Shown in pieces: positions 17,703 to 28,412 of a stretch of DNA of 64,000 nucleotides. Every line of letters starts with the position of its first letter. Position 1 is the stretch's first letter. Under the pieces are notes generated by a model. It searched no databases, was not told the origin of the DNA, and saw only the letters and a list, made by a program, of their open reading frames with translations. Made by a program: the position numbers and the translations under genes. This stretch comes from a virus. The stretch covers positions 1 through 64,000 of IMG/VR virus record IMGVR_UViG_3300007513_000015, one strand, 5' to 3'.

Positions 17703-18416
17703 TTAATGATTAAATCTATTTGGTTTGTGGTCACCATCGTTCCAAGGATCCATTGTGTCAGTAACTTTACCGTCGCTGCCTCCACCTTGAACCCCCTTGG
17801 CCGCCCAGAATTCCTGTGGTTCTGGTTGTTGATGTTCCCAATCTCTAAATGTAAATGTGACAGTAAATTGAGCGATATCCCCGTCACCCCATTGCATATC
17901 TATCGCACCAATATTTGTTGGATATGCTTCTTTTAAAGTAATTTTTGAAGTTTCTGCGCCTTGCCTATCAAGAGTGTTTATGTATATTGAAGAAATATAA
18001 TCATCATAATACATCATTGAATAGTGATTAGTTGTACTTGTACCATTTCCTCTTCCCCATTGATCCCACCCTACAGTACCGTGCTTATTGTATATTGCAG
18101 ACATCCACCCTTCAAAAAATTTATGTTCACTATAATCTTGACTACACATAATGGTACAAGTTACCTGATCACTGATAACATCATTAGCTACTTTGAATAT
18201 TGCTCCATAGCGTTTAACATCAATTGTTCCTAATGCTTTCTGTGGAATCTGTATATTTTTGATCATAAAAGACAATTCTGGTTCTAAAACTGTATTTCCA
18301 CCATTATACCACTTATAATCAACAAGTTTTGGTGGCTTCGTTACGACCGCTCTAAATAGATTAGTTCTTGCTAAATCTCCTTTTCTAATAATAGCACCGA
18401 ATTGACTTACATTCAT
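17703..18416 (-). CDS. tail tube initiator / tube-like protein (gp54/gp19 family)
   Basis: GDLARTNLF, AYPTNIGAIDMQW, QFTVTFTFRDW. Confidence 0.75.
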   Translation of the reverse strand: MNVSQFGAIIRKGDLARTNLFRAVVTKPPKLVDYKWYNGGNTVLEPELSFMIKNIQIPQKALGTIDVKRYGAIFKVANDVISDQVTCTIMCSQDYSEHKFFEGWMSAIYNKHGTVGWDQWGRGNGTSTTNHYSMMYYDDYISSIYINTLDRQGAETSKITLKEAYPTNIGAIDMQWGDGDIAQFTVTFTFRDWEHQQPEPQEFWAAKGVQGGGSDGKVTDTMDPWNDGDHKPNRFNH

Positions 18417-18417
18417 T

Positions 18418-19089
18418 TTACTTTCTCCAAACTGCTTTAGCAGATTCTCCAACGAATTTTTGATAAGGCAGATAAATTACATTTTCCCACTCGCTAGGTG
18501 GAGCCTCCAGTAATGTAGTTCTTACGTGAGGATATAAATATTTATGTATCATCTTGTCTGCTCCCCGTATATTTCGTATTGCATTCCAAGTGATATTGAA
18601 TCTCGCTTTTCTAGTGAATGTTTCAGGATCCCCTTTTTGTGTAGCATACTTCATTACTTTTGTCAAGAACTTTTCACGTTCAATAGGTGACAGATAATGA
18701 AAATTTAATCCTAAGAATCCATCTTTATATACATCTATAACAATAATTAATGGAAATCTATCCCAGTAAGGAAGTGTTTTCTTATGCTTGGCATCATATC
18801 CAAATGTATACATCTTTCCTGGCATTAGTTTTGTCTTAATTCTAAATCCTTTTGCAGACTCGCCAACTTTCTTCTTGAACCAGGCGGCAGACTTCTTAGC
18901 CTTTGTTCTTTTTGAAAGAGTCCTTGATGACAGTGCTTTCTGAGTCAATTCTTGACCAATAACACGTTTCGCCATACGAGAAGTCTTGCCTGATTTGGCA
19001 ATCATTCCCCATTGAGCACCAAGCCAACGATAGCGATTACCATCACTCGCCTTTGCTTCTGTACCTCGTTCTATCGCTACCTTTGTCAT
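18418..19089 (-). CDS. gp2: DNA end protector gp2
   Basis: GKMYTFGYDAKHKKTLPYWDRFPL...GFLGLNFHYL. Confidence 0.92.
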   Translation of the reverse strand: MTKVAIERGTEAKASDGNRYRWLGAQWGMIAKSGKTSRMAKRVIGQELTQKALSSRTLSKRTKAKKSAAWFKKKVGESAKGFRIKTKLMPGKMYTFGYDAKHKKTLPYWDRFPLIIVIDVYKDGFLGLNFHYLSPIEREKFLTKVMKYATQKGDPETFTRKARFNITWNAIRNIRGADKMIHKYLYPHVRTTLLEAPPSEWENVIYLPYQKFVGESAKAVWRK

Positions 19090-19091
19090 CG

Positions 19092-19532
19092 TTATCTTAC
19101 CAAATGATCCTCAGTTAGTATCTTGAATTGCCACATTCTATCGTCACAGAATTCTTGAGCGGCTTCCCATTTTGCTTCATTTACTTTCCAAGTCTTTAAT
19201 TCTTTCAAATATCTATACTTACTCTTTGCGGTCTTTCCCATCTTCGGTGGCGCTGTTTGTGTTTTAGGTTTAACCTCAATCACAATATTCTTCACATTTC
19301 CTTCCGTGTCTTTCACTTTAATCCAGAAGTCAGTGAAATATCTATGTACACGACCATCAACAGGACTCACATAAGGAATTACTAATTCTTCACTATTCCA
19401 CTCAACTACATTGGGATTAGAATCAGCATACACCATAAATCGTCTTTCCCAAGATGAGCGATATACTACGTTATCCACATCACCAACGTATTTCTCACGA
19501 TTCGTAACTTTATACTTACCTTTATGTGCCAT
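19092..19532 (-). CDS. gp4: head completion nuclease gp4
   Basis: KYVGD...YRSSWERRFM...WNSEE..IPY.SPVD..HRYFTDF...EVKP. Confidence 0.93.
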   Translation of the reverse strand: MAHKGKYKVTNREKYVGDVDNVVYRSSWERRFMVYADSNPNVVEWNSEELVIPYVSPVDGRVHRYFTDFWIKVKDTEGNVKNIVIEVKPKTQTAPPKMGKTAKSKYRYLKELKTWKVNEAKWEAAQEFCDDRMWQFKILTEDHLVR

Positions 19533-19559
19533 CTCAAGTATTTATATAAATACTTGAGA
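19532..19559. promoter_or_regulatory. divergent overlapping late promoters in a perfect 28-bp palindrome
   Basis: TCTCAAGTATTTAT|ATAAATACTTGAGA; TATAAATA on both strands. Confidence 0.85.
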
Positions 19560-19581
19560 AACATATTTTGGAGCATTGATT

Positions 19582-20604
19582 ATGGGTAAAATAACCAAAA
19601 CAATTATTGGGGCAGGTGTAGGGGCAGGTGTAGGCGTAGGTGTAAGCGTTAGCTTAATGTACGCACTTGATACTATGGGCGTGCTTGATGATGTTATTGG
19701 AATGGGTGATGTATGGAAGAATCACACTCCCAAAACACTGAAATTTCCTTTAGAAGGGGAATCAGCAGGAAACTTTTGGACTATGATAACTTTTAATTCC
19801 TGGGTTCCAATTGAATCACCAGCTGATAAAGTGAAGAGCCAAAATAATTTTATAGCAAAGGATTTTATCGGAAAAGTAATGTTGCCTATGCCATTGACAT
19901 TAGGAACTCAATACAATCAATCTTTCAGCGATGCAGAAGGAATGATGAATAATAGAGGAGAATCAGGAACTGGAATAGCATCATCAATAGATAAATCTTC
20001 TAAAGGTGTTGGAATGGAAATTGCAAGTATGGTTGAAGCTGTAATTTCGCCTAACAATTCTTCAAAAATGTCAAAAGGCTCTATTCTCAATAATAAAATG
20101 GGAATGATATATGAAGGTCCCACCCTCAGAGGACACACCTTCAGTTGGAGAATGACTCCCAGAAACACAGAAGAACAAGCCGCTATTGAATCTATTGTTA
20201 ATTGGTTCAAGATTGCTTCCTCTCCGAAAACAGCAAGTGCTTTTGGTAATGTTGATGATGGTGAGGTTGCGAAACAAATTGAGGAAATGAATAAGCTGAG
20301 AGAAGCCGATGCACAATTGCCAATGCCAGCCGTGGGAGATGCAGAAAAATGGTTAAAAAATTATGTCGGAATTGGTAGATTATCAATACCTCCGACAATT
20401 TCAATTCAATTCTGGGATGGGGATAAGATTAACAGGCACTTATTTGAAGTGAAGGATTCATTTATTACTAATGTTGATGTTAATTATACACCAGCAGGAA
20501 ATTGGACTGCTTATGATAATGGTGCACCTATAGAAACGCAATTAACTATCACTTGTAAAGAAATTAGTGTTCTTACGTTTGATGATATGAAAAAAGGATA
20601 TTAA
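19582..20604 (+). CDS. gp48: baseplate tail-tube cap gp48
   Basis: LPMP...YEGPTLRGHTFSWRMTPRN.EE, VDVNYTP, P.ETQLTI; synteny with gp53. Confidence 0.8.
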   Translation: MGKITKTIIGAGVGAGVGVGVSVSLMYALDTMGVLDDVIGMGDVWKNHTPKTLKFPLEGESAGNFWTMITFNSWVPIESPADKVKSQNNFIAKDFIGKVMLPMPLTLGTQYNQSFSDAEGMMNNRGESGTGIASSIDKSSKGVGMEIASMVEAVISPNNSSKMSKGSILNNKMGMIYEGPTLRGHTFSWRMTPRNTEEQAAIESIVNWFKIASSPKTASAFGNVDDGEVAKQIEEMNKLREADAQLPMPAVGDAEKWLKNYVGIGRLSIPPTISIQFWDGDKINRHLFEVKDSFITNVDVNYTPAGNWTAYDNGAPIETQLTITCKEISVLTFDDMKKGY

Positions 20605-20606
20605 TT

Positions 20607-21113
20607 ATGGCTAAGTATTCATCAATGTTACCCGAATTAGAATATAATGGTGCATCTATAAAAGATATAACACATAGAATTGCATTATTAGACTATGTTT
20701 CAGAATATAGTTTTATGTTCTATAAACAAAAAATCGAAAATGAAATGACACCTGAGAAATTGTCATTGGCTTTATATAATAATCAAGATTATTGGTGGAT
20801 TATTTGTGCAATCAATAACATCATTGATCCATTTTATGATTGGATTATGCTTGAAACTGAAGTTTATGCATATGCTGAAAAACTTTATGATAATATCAAT
20901 GATATTCATCATTGGGAAGATAATGAATACAATCAATTTGATGAAGATAGTCCTGAAAATGATAGAGTTCCTATTACCAATATCGAATGGGAAATCCATA
21001 AAAATGAATTAAAACGGAGTGTACGTATAGTCAAAATGGAATATATTAGTAAAATAGAGAAAGAATTTAAAATGCATATGAAGAAAATACCAAAACAGAA
21101 ACAGGAAGAATAA
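20607..21113 (+). CDS. gp53: baseplate wedge protein gp53
   Basis: TPEKLS..LY....YWWII...NNIIDPFYDW. Confidence 0.85.
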   Translation: MAKYSSMLPELEYNGASIKDITHRIALLDYVSEYSFMFYKQKIENEMTPEKLSLALYNNQDYWWIICAINNIIDPFYDWIMLETEVYAYAEKLYDNINDIHHWEDNEYNQFDEDSPENDRVPITNIEWEIHKNELKRSVRIVKMEYISKIEKEFKMHMKKIPKQKQEE

Positions 21114-22397
21114 ATGGCTCTAAATCTAAATGCCGCCGGATTATCTGAATGGGACATTATATTTGTCAATCAGTTTGGTGATGAATCAGAAATGTCAGGA
21201 ATTGTGGAACAAGTTTCTATTTTTGAAAGTATCTACAATAACTGTATTATTGGTAACATCAAAGTCAAAGATGGTACTGGTTTTGTTGAGGCGAATGGTA
21301 TTATTGGTTCAGGAAAGGAGATGATTAAAATTGAAATCATTACTCCCTCCCTTTCAGTGGACACAACAGCAAATTTTGAAAAGCAATTCGTTATTAATAG
21401 TATTACCAATGGTCAAAAAGAAAATGGATATATTATCTATGATGTGGGTGTAGTTTCTCCAACACTTATAAAGAATAATAATACTATTATCAGTAGGTCT
21501 TTTTCTGGAATGACTTCCTCTGAAATTGTAGAGTATGTTGCTGCCGATATAATGGAGTTTGGCGTTGATTATGAATGGGAACAGATGAAGGAGATTGAGG
21601 CAACAAAACACACTAAAAATATTGTTGTTCCTAATTGGAATCCATTCCAATTGATGAATTTTCTTGCTAAAAATAGTGTATCTCTGGACAATTATTCTAA
21701 TTATATGTTTTTTGAAAATAATGAGGGGTTTCAGTTTGTAACAATTGACACCCTAAAAAATAAAGAGCCAATGAGAGAATTGTTTTTGAAAAATAATCAC
21801 ATTACAGACTTTCATACTACTACATCTGGACGAGGTGTCATTGATGGATCTACTATGAAGGATTATAATGAAATACAGAGATTTGATTTATCCGAGGGAA
21901 CAATGAATGGATTATATAGTAATTCATTATTGACTCATAATTTAATTACGAAGAAACTTGACAAATACGAAGTTATTTACGATGGTATGATGGACACAAC
22001 TCTCGGTGAAGTTGGATTAAATGCTGGTAATTTATTTACATCAAATTCAGAGGCACATTCTGGATTTATGAGTAGTAACTATCTATATGATATTCACGAT
22101 AAGGGAGATAAAAATCATTATGGTGTATATGATATGAAAAAAGCGGAATTACGAAATAATATTATTTCGTTTGATATAGCAGGCGATTCAAACATTTATG
22201 CGGGTGATGTTCTGACTCTTCACATTCCTACTAATATTCATCAAGGAGAGGAAGCAGAGGATCAATATATGACTGGAGAATGGTTCGTATCAGCAATCCA
22301 TCATAAAATTAATAATACGGAATATATTATGACACTTGAATGTATGAAAGATGGTTTCTATTCTGATCCAAAAGTGACAATATCAGCGAGAGGTTAA
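21114..22397 (+). CDS. baseplate hub protein (gp27-like)
   Basis: SIFESIY, VPNWNPF, FFENNEGFQF, GEWFVSAIHH; located between gp53 and gp5. Confidence 0.65.
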   Translation: MALNLNAAGLSEWDIIFVNQFGDESEMSGIVEQVSIFESIYNNCIIGNIKVKDGTGFVEANGIIGSGKEMIKIEIITPSLSVDTTANFEKQFVINSITNGQKENGYIIYDVGVVSPTLIKNNNTIISRSFSGMTSSEIVEYVAADIMEFGVDYEWEQMKEIEATKHTKNIVVPNWNPFQLMNFLAKNSVSLDNYSNYMFFENNEGFQFVTIDTLKNKEPMRELFLKNNHITDFHTTTSGRGVIDGSTMKDYNEIQRFDLSEGTMNGLYSNSLLTHNLITKKLDKYEVIYDGMMDTTLGEVGLNAGNLFTSNSEAHSGFMSSNYLYDIHDKGDKNHYGVYDMKKAELRNNIISFDIAGDSNIYAGDVLTLHIPTNIHQGEEAEDQYMTGEWFVSAIHHKINNTEYIMTLECMKDGFYSDPKVTISARG

Positions 22398-22401
22398 TAA
22401 T

Positions 22402-23394
22402 ATGCAGTTTATGGGATTTGATGGATTTATTTGGTTTACTGGTGTTGTTGAAGAAAGAAACGATCCGATGAAACTCGGCCGCGTAAAGGTTCGTATTGCT
22501 GGACTCCACACAGAAAATAAAACACAAGGCATCGATAAGGGTATACCAACTGCTGATTTACCGTGGGCCTATCCAATGCAACCAATCACTTCTGCGGCAA
22601 TGAATGGGATCGGCGAAAGTCCTATCGGTGTTGTTGAAGGAACTTGGGTAGTTGGATTTTTCAGAGATGGAAAGAATTGTCAAGAACCTATCGTGATGGG
22701 AACATTAGGTGGATTCCCTATGGAGACTCCTGGGGTTTCTGGTTTCAATGATCCTAATATGGTGTATCCGAAAGCAACCCATTTAATAGAACCAGATACA
22801 CATAGACGTGCTGTAATTGAGTTTGAAGAACCAATTGAAAATGCTCCTATAGACTCTAAACCGACCGACCTCGATACGAAGGGTGGGAGAATAGAAGATG
22901 AAGATGTAACAGTGGCATTGAGTGCCTCCACTTGGTCAGAGCCTCCTAATCCATTTGCGGCAGTATATCCATTCAATCACGTTCGAGCTAGTGAATCTGG
23001 TCACGTAGAAGAGTGGGACGATACACTTGATAATGAAAGATTAATGCGTTGGCATAAAGCAGGAACATTTGAGGAAATTCGTGCTGATGGAACAAAAGTG
23101 ACAAAGGTTGTCAAAGACAACTATCATATTACGATGGGTGATGATTATATTCATATTACACCAGATGCCGAGGGGAATGGTGGTAATTGTTATGTAACTG
23201 TTGATGGGAATGCACATTTAAAGATTGACGGAAATTATAATGTTCAGGTGGGAGGTAATTATAATATTGAAGTGATGGGTAATTGGAATGTTGATATATT
23301 AGGAAATACAAATATATCTACAGTAGGCACAAAGGATGATGAGTCTGCTGGTATTCATACTATTAAGGGTGCTGTTATACACTTAAATCCATAG
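22402..23394 (+). CDS. gp5: baseplate spike gp5 (OB-fold plus beta-helix, no lysozyme domain)
   Basis: WFTGVVE.RNDPMKLGRVKVRI.GLH, LPWA, YPFNHV..SESGHVEEWDDT. Confidence 0.92.
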   Translation: MQFMGFDGFIWFTGVVEERNDPMKLGRVKVRIAGLHTENKTQGIDKGIPTADLPWAYPMQPITSAAMNGIGESPIGVVEGTWVVGFFRDGKNCQEPIVMGTLGGFPMETPGVSGFNDPNMVYPKATHLIEPDTHRRAVIEFEEPIENAPIDSKPTDLDTKGGRIEDEDVTVALSASTWSEPPNPFAAVYPFNHVRASESGHVEEWDDTLDNERLMRWHKAGTFEEIRADGTKVTKVVKDNYHITMGDDYIHITPDAEGNGGNCYVTVDGNAHLKIDGNYNVQVGGNYNIEVMGNWNVDILGNTNISTVGTKDDESAGIHTIKGAVIHLNP

Positions 23395-23403
23395 GAGCAA
23401 ATA

Positions 23404-25878
23404 ATGGGTATTCTCGATTCAACGATTGATACAGTCACAAATGCAATAGGTGATACAGTGGATGCTACATCCACTAACAGTAGTGCCACACCAGGCGAAC
23501 TTGTTCAATCGGCCTCTGGGACATCATATTTTAATGGGGTAGATGATGCACTCAACAATCTAGGTAAAGAATTAAAATCTCCTGCATTCTCAAAAGTTGA
23601 TTCAATGAAGGCCGCTGGTGAATCATTAAATGTTACAGACAATCTTGATCAATATACTCTTGAACAAGGTTTTGGCGCGGATGGTACTGCAATGTGGGAG
23701 ACAATGCAGGAGGTTCAAGACTTTTCGGACTCGTTAAATTCTTGTGGTCAACTCGCTCAGGATGCTCTTGAAGGAGCGACCAAAGATTATATCAAAAATA
23801 CTGGTATTCAGCAAGCGGGTCGTGAGTTATCTAAATCTTTAGGTAAAGCTGACGATATGATTGATTGTGTGGCAGGTTTTGCTACATTATTTGATTCTGC
23901 TGGTGTTATGGATGATGCTATGGGGCTGGGAGATTTACCACAAATCCAATCTCGTGTCCAATCAATCATTCGTGATGCTACTGATCCATCAAAATTATCT
24001 AATATGCTGATAAACACTCAAGCAGTTCAAGGTTTACTTGGTGATTTCCAGGGAATGTGTGATGCTATGACCAAGTCTCTAAAAGACTTGGCAGAAAAAG
24101 ATATCGCGGCAATGAACGCGGCCATTAACAAACTCGCTCAATGGGCAGCATTTGCTAAAATTGCAACAAGTGATCCCTGTGCCCTAGTAAACAATAATAA
24201 GATGCTTTCTCATATCACTGAACCAGTGATGGATGATATCGTAACATTATATAATAAGGCAACAAATTCAAACGCCAGTGCAGATGATCCAATCATAGAT
24301 TTAGGTGATATATTAGGTATAGACGACTCCAACAAAAAACCACAAATACCTAAACTAACTCAAGGTGCCGGTGGTGGATTATTGAGTTTTGATGCTTTCT
24401 CTTCAAATCTGCCGTCGGGTGGAAAAAGTTGTGTATGTCACGGCGGTGATGCATTTGATGGAAATGAAGCAGATTGTGTAGCGCACGGAGGAGAATGGCG
24501 ATGTTCTGTAGTAGGAGAAACAGGAACTACAATTTCAGTAACAGAAGTTATTAAACCAACTGAATATAATCCTGATACAAATACTTGGGATATTATACCT
24601 GATGTAGTAAAACAGAAATCTCCACTAACACAAAATATTTTGAGTGGTTCTACTCCGTTTAATAACTCAAAAGAGATGTTTACAGAAAATGCGAAAGAAG
24701 TGGAACATATCGCGGCCACAGAAGATAAAACAGCAGTAGCAAAAGTCCATAAGGTTGGTTGGTGTTCGGGCGGGAATTTTGATCCAATGACTAATAGGAC
24801 AGAGGAAGAATGCGCGGCAGATCCAAAAGCGACTTGGCACGAAAGAGAAATGACTGATGCTGAGGTCAAGCAACAAGGTGCATTGACATCTTCATTAATG
24901 GGAGCATTCTCACCATCTTTAGTAGATACATTCAAAAAGATTGCAGAATCAGCACCAACGCAACCGTCAGTTGCCTCAGAGCCTACCAAAAGACCTCCGA
25001 CAGTTGTGACCAAATCAAGAACAGAATTACCTGGATTAGAAGCATTAACTGGTATGAAACCTGTGGCTGTTGTATCGCCTTCTCAGGCATCACCTCAAAA
25101 AGAAAGTGCTGATCCAGAACAAAAAGATCCACCACCATTCACAGTTGATAATATTTTTTCTGGTGAATTTGATAAACCTGGTTATCAACAAGAAACAACC
25201 GGTGCAAGTTTTCAAGATAGTGTTCAAATGATGAAATCTAACATTGGTGGAGATATTTCTGAATATCATCAATCAATGGAAGCTGTAGATACTGCAATGG
25301 AAACGGGCGATTGGTCTAATGTTGAAACTTGTTCTTGTAAACCTAAACCAGGTAAGAAAGCAGAAAAGGGAACTGGTGATTGTGATTATACCAATAGTGA
25401 TGAAAGAAAATGGATTAATCTTCATAAAATGTCAGTATCACAACTGGAACAGATGAAGGAGAAAGAAAAACGATACCCTAAAGAATATTTTGTAGTCAAT
25501 GATGAGTTATATCAAGATGTATCGGAAACAGTACTCCGTAAATATGGAACACTATATATCAAAAATTATGACAAGGGGAGTGCTACCTGTGAGAAGTGGG
25601 GCGGCACTTGGATAGGCTCAAGTGATACATCTGGTACATCTGGTGGAAGTTCTACATATGATATTACAAATGCCCGATCAAAAACAGTGTGTGAAAATGT
25701 TAATGGTCAGTGGGTATGTAAGAAAGGAACAAAACAATCAGGAAATCCAATGAAATCAGTTGAATCCTTTGGCTTGTTTACTAATAGAAAAAATGTTAGT
25801 CCTAAATCCAGACTGCCTTCTACCCCAGCGTTTGATACGAAGAAACTTCCCAGTATTGATGGAATTTTAAAAACTTAA
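23404..25878 (+). CDS. large hypothetical virion-associated protein with Cys-x-Cys-Trp repeats
   Basis: 824 aa between gp5 and PAAR; repeats such as EADCVAHGGEW, ATCEKWGGTW. Confidence 0.75.
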   Translation: MGILDSTIDTVTNAIGDTVDATSTNSSATPGELVQSASGTSYFNGVDDALNNLGKELKSPAFSKVDSMKAAGESLNVTDNLDQYTLEQGFGADGTAMWETMQEVQDFSDSLNSCGQLAQDALEGATKDYIKNTGIQQAGRELSKSLGKADDMIDCVAGFATLFDSAGVMDDAMGLGDLPQIQSRVQSIIRDATDPSKLSNMLINTQAVQGLLGDFQGMCDAMTKSLKDLAEKDIAAMNAAINKLAQWAAFAKIATSDPCALVNNNKMLSHITEPVMDDIVTLYNKATNSNASADDPIIDLGDILGIDDSNKKPQIPKLTQGAGGGLLSFDAFSSNLPSGGKSCVCHGGDAFDGNEADCVAHGGEWRCSVVGETGTTISVTEVIKPTEYNPDTNTWDIIPDVVKQKSPLTQNILSGSTPFNNSKEMFTENAKEVEHIAATEDKTAVAKVHKVGWCSGGNFDPMTNRTEEECAADPKATWHEREMTDAEVKQQGALTSSLMGAFSPSLVDTFKKIAESAPTQPSVASEPTKRPPTVVTKSRTELPGLEALTGMKPVAVVSPSQASPQKESADPEQKDPPPFTVDNIFSGEFDKPGYQQETTGASFQDSVQMMKSNIGGDISEYHQSMEAVDTAMETGDWSNVETCSCKPKPGKKAEKGTGDCDYTNSDERKWINLHKMSVSQLEQMKEKEKRYPKEYFVVNDELYQDVSETVLRKYGTLYIKNYDKGSATCEKWGGTWIGSSDTSGTSGGSSTYDITNARSKTVCENVNGQWVCKKGTKQSGNPMKSVESFGLFTNRKNVSPKSRLPSTPAFDTKKLPSIDGILKT

Positions 25879-25890
25879 AGGAGAAGTAAT

Positions 25891-26181
25891 ATGCCAGGTG
25901 CTGTAAGATTAGCTGATGCTTGTACAGGTCACGGTTGTTATCCATCGAGAACAAATGTGTCCGCTTCTGCAAATGTTTTCATTAATAGTAGAGGCGCACA
26001 TAGAGTGGGAGATGCTTGGGATAGTCACGGATGCGCTGTTTGTCCTCCCCACGGTGCTTCACAAGCAAATGGTAGTCCTAATGTGTTTGTGAATGGGAAG
26101 CCTCTAGCTAGAATTGGAGATTCAGTTGACTGTGGTAGTTCAAATCAAACAGGTTCTCAAGATGTGATTGCAAATGGATAG
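25891..26181 (+). CDS. PAAR spike-tip protein (gp5.4)
   Basis: AVRLAD.CTGHGC, GAHRVGD, PLARIGD, GS.NVFVNG. Confidence 0.92.
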   Translation: MPGAVRLADACTGHGCYPSRTNVSASANVFINSRGAHRVGDAWDSHGCAVCPPHGASQANGSPNVFVNGKPLARIGDSVDCGSSNQTGSQDVIANG

Positions 26182-26189
26182 TATAAATA
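26182..26189 (+). promoter_or_regulatory. T4-type late promoter
   Basis: TATAAATA upstream of gp25. Confidence 0.75.
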
Positions 26190-26216
26190 TAGAAGATAAT
26201 ATAAGGATTTATTCTG

Positions 26217-26624
26217 ATGCCACAGCCGATTAAAACTGAAATTACAAGACGATATAGGGATATTGACCTAGATATGATTGTACATCCTCTAACAAATGAT
26301 ATTGTTGGAAGAAATGATGTTGAGGCTATTAATGGTTCGATTATTAATATAATTAAAACACAAAAGGGGGAGCGTGTTTTTCAACCAGATTTTGGTAGTA
26401 CAATATATAGTTCATTATTTGAACCGATGAGTATTGAAACAAGAGTTACACTAGAAGCACAAATTGAAGCCGCTATAAGACTTCACGAACCGAGAATATC
26501 ATTACAAAGAATTATTGTAAATGCTGATCCAGATAAAAATGGCTATACAGTTTCCATTTTTTATACACCAAATAATGATTCTGGTTTGATTAATTTGGAT
26601 TTCTTCTTAAAAAGATTAAGGTAG
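26217..26624 (+). CDS. gp25: baseplate wedge subunit gp25
   Basis: YRDIDL...AI..SI.NII.T.KGERVFQPDFGS...HEPRI. Confidence 0.92.
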   Translation: MPQPIKTEITRRYRDIDLDMIVHPLTNDIVGRNDVEAINGSIINIIKTQKGERVFQPDFGSTIYSSLFEPMSIETRVTLEAQIEAAIRLHEPRISLQRIIVNADPDKNGYTVSIFYTPNNDSGLINLDFFLKRLR

Positions 26625-26628
26625 TATT

Positions 26629-28392
26629 ATGGCAGAACAAAGACAATTAAATATTTCAAATCTTGAATTTGATGGAATTAAGAAGAATATCAAAGAATTC
26701 TTGATTAATCAAGATGAATTCGTGGACTATGATTTTGAAGGTTCTGGTATGAGCGTTATGCTTGATGTAATGGCATACACAACTCATTATATGGGTTTCC
26801 ATACTAATATGGCAATCAATGAATCCTTTCTTGATACTGCAACACTACGAAATTCTGTAGTATCTCACGCAAAGACTATTGGATATACTCCTAAATCCGC
26901 TACTGCTGCCGAGGCTATTGTTAAACTTTCATTCAATACTGATGGATATGATCCAAATTATATCATAGTTGAAAGAGGAACACAATTTGTTTCTAGTATT
27001 AATGGTGTTTCTATGCCATTCACAAATGTTGATACCGTGAATATTTTTGAGGATGAAGGAAATGAATTCTCAGGTGAAATCAAACTTCATCAAGGCTCTC
27101 TAAAAGGTCTTGAATGGACATATGATGAAGGACTTTCTGAAATACAAAACTTTATCATTAAGGATCCTACTTGCGATAGAAGTACAATTAAATTAACTGT
27201 TAATGATATTCCTTGGTCCAATGATCAATTTCTTTCTGAAACGAATCCCTCCTCAAATATTTACTTTCTTCAAGAAGGTCTGGATGGAGTAACTGAGATT
27301 TATTTCGGTAATGATATATTCGGAAAAGTGCCATATCATAATTCTGTAATCAGTGTTACATATCTTTCAACAACTGGTGAAGCCGGCAACTATTCATCAA
27401 CAATTAATGAACAAGTGTTTGCACTTGAAACAACCATTGATGGTGTATATGATTCAAGTAAAGTTAGTGTGGAAACTGTTGATATTTCTTCTCTGGGTTC
27501 AAATATCGAATCAACAGAAAATATCAAAATGACTGCGCCGAGGGCGTATGAACGTCAAAATCGTGCTGTAACAGCAGAAGATTATAAAACTATTCTGATT
27601 GAGAAATATCCAAACATCGATTCTATTTCTGTATGGGGTGGCGAAGATAATGATCCTCCGCAATATGGTGCGGTATTCATCTGTATTAAACCTAAACACG
27701 GACTCGAATTATCACCATTAACTAAACAAAAATTGACGAAAGATATTCTTTCAAAGTATAATATGTTGGCAATTAATCCAATAATTACTGCTCCTGAATA
27801 CACATATATTGATGTTGATACCACAGTGAAATATAATCCATTAGAGACATCATTATCTGCTGGTGAAATTCAGAGTAATATTATTAATAGTATTGAACGA
27901 TTCTTCAAAGACGAAATCAGTCAATTCAAAGTCACCTTACGATATTCTAAATTAACCAATACGATTGATAATACGGATTCATCAATTAGTAATAACTTGA
28001 CTGATATTAAGATTTATAAGAAATTCTATATTCAAGCATCCAATACAACTGGTAACTATATATTCAAATATGATAATGCAATTAAACCAGGTACTGCTGT
28101 TTCTTCTGTATTTGGTAATACTGAGGCATCTACTCAATATGCATTACTAGATGATGGTCAAGGAAATATACTTCTTTATGATATTGTTTCTGAGGTATTC
28201 GTGAATACAGAACAGGGAACAGTAGACTATGATACTGGAGTTATTGAGCTAATCGGATTTAGACCTGTACTTGACACAAATTCAGTTATTAGTTTATATG
28301 CTACACCACAATCAAATGATATTTCTGCAATAAGAAGTAACTTGCTTGTACTAAATAATAGTAGTGTTACAATGCAATCAATCGCAGAATAA
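26629..28392 (+). CDS. gp6: baseplate wedge subunit gp6
   Basis: LEFDGIK, DYDFEGSG, NESFLDTATLRNSVVSHAK, QNRAVTAEDY, VWGGE. Confidence 0.95.
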   Translation: MAEQRQLNISNLEFDGIKKNIKEFLINQDEFVDYDFEGSGMSVMLDVMAYTTHYMGFHTNMAINESFLDTATLRNSVVSHAKTIGYTPKSATAAEAIVKLSFNTDGYDPNYIIVERGTQFVSSINGVSMPFTNVDTVNIFEDEGNEFSGEIKLHQGSLKGLEWTYDEGLSEIQNFIIKDPTCDRSTIKLTVNDIPWSNDQFLSETNPSSNIYFLQEGLDGVTEIYFGNDIFGKVPYHNSVISVTYLSTTGEAGNYSSTINEQVFALETTIDGVYDSSKVSVETVDISSLGSNIESTENIKMTAPRAYERQNRAVTAEDYKTILIEKYPNIDSISVWGGEDNDPPQYGAVFICIKPKHGLELSPLTKQKLTKDILSKYNMLAINPIITAPEYTYIDVDTTVKYNPLETSLSAGEIQSNIINSIERFFKDEISQFKVTLRYSKLTNTIDNTDSSISNNLTDIKIYKKFYIQASNTTGNYIFKYDNAIKPGTAVSSVFGNTEASTQYALLDDGQGNILLYDIVSEVFVNTEQGTVDYDTGVIELIGFRPVLDTNSVISLYATPQSNDISAIRSNLLVLNNSSVTMQSIAE

Positions 28393-28412
28393 TTTGATAA
28401 GTGTAGGTACAA

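Noticed and set aside
22402-26624. Bacterial type VI secretion or eCIS locus
   Set aside because: gp5/PAAR/gp25 sit in T4 synteny with gp2, gp4, gp32, gp33, gp59 and late promoters, so this is a phage tail module
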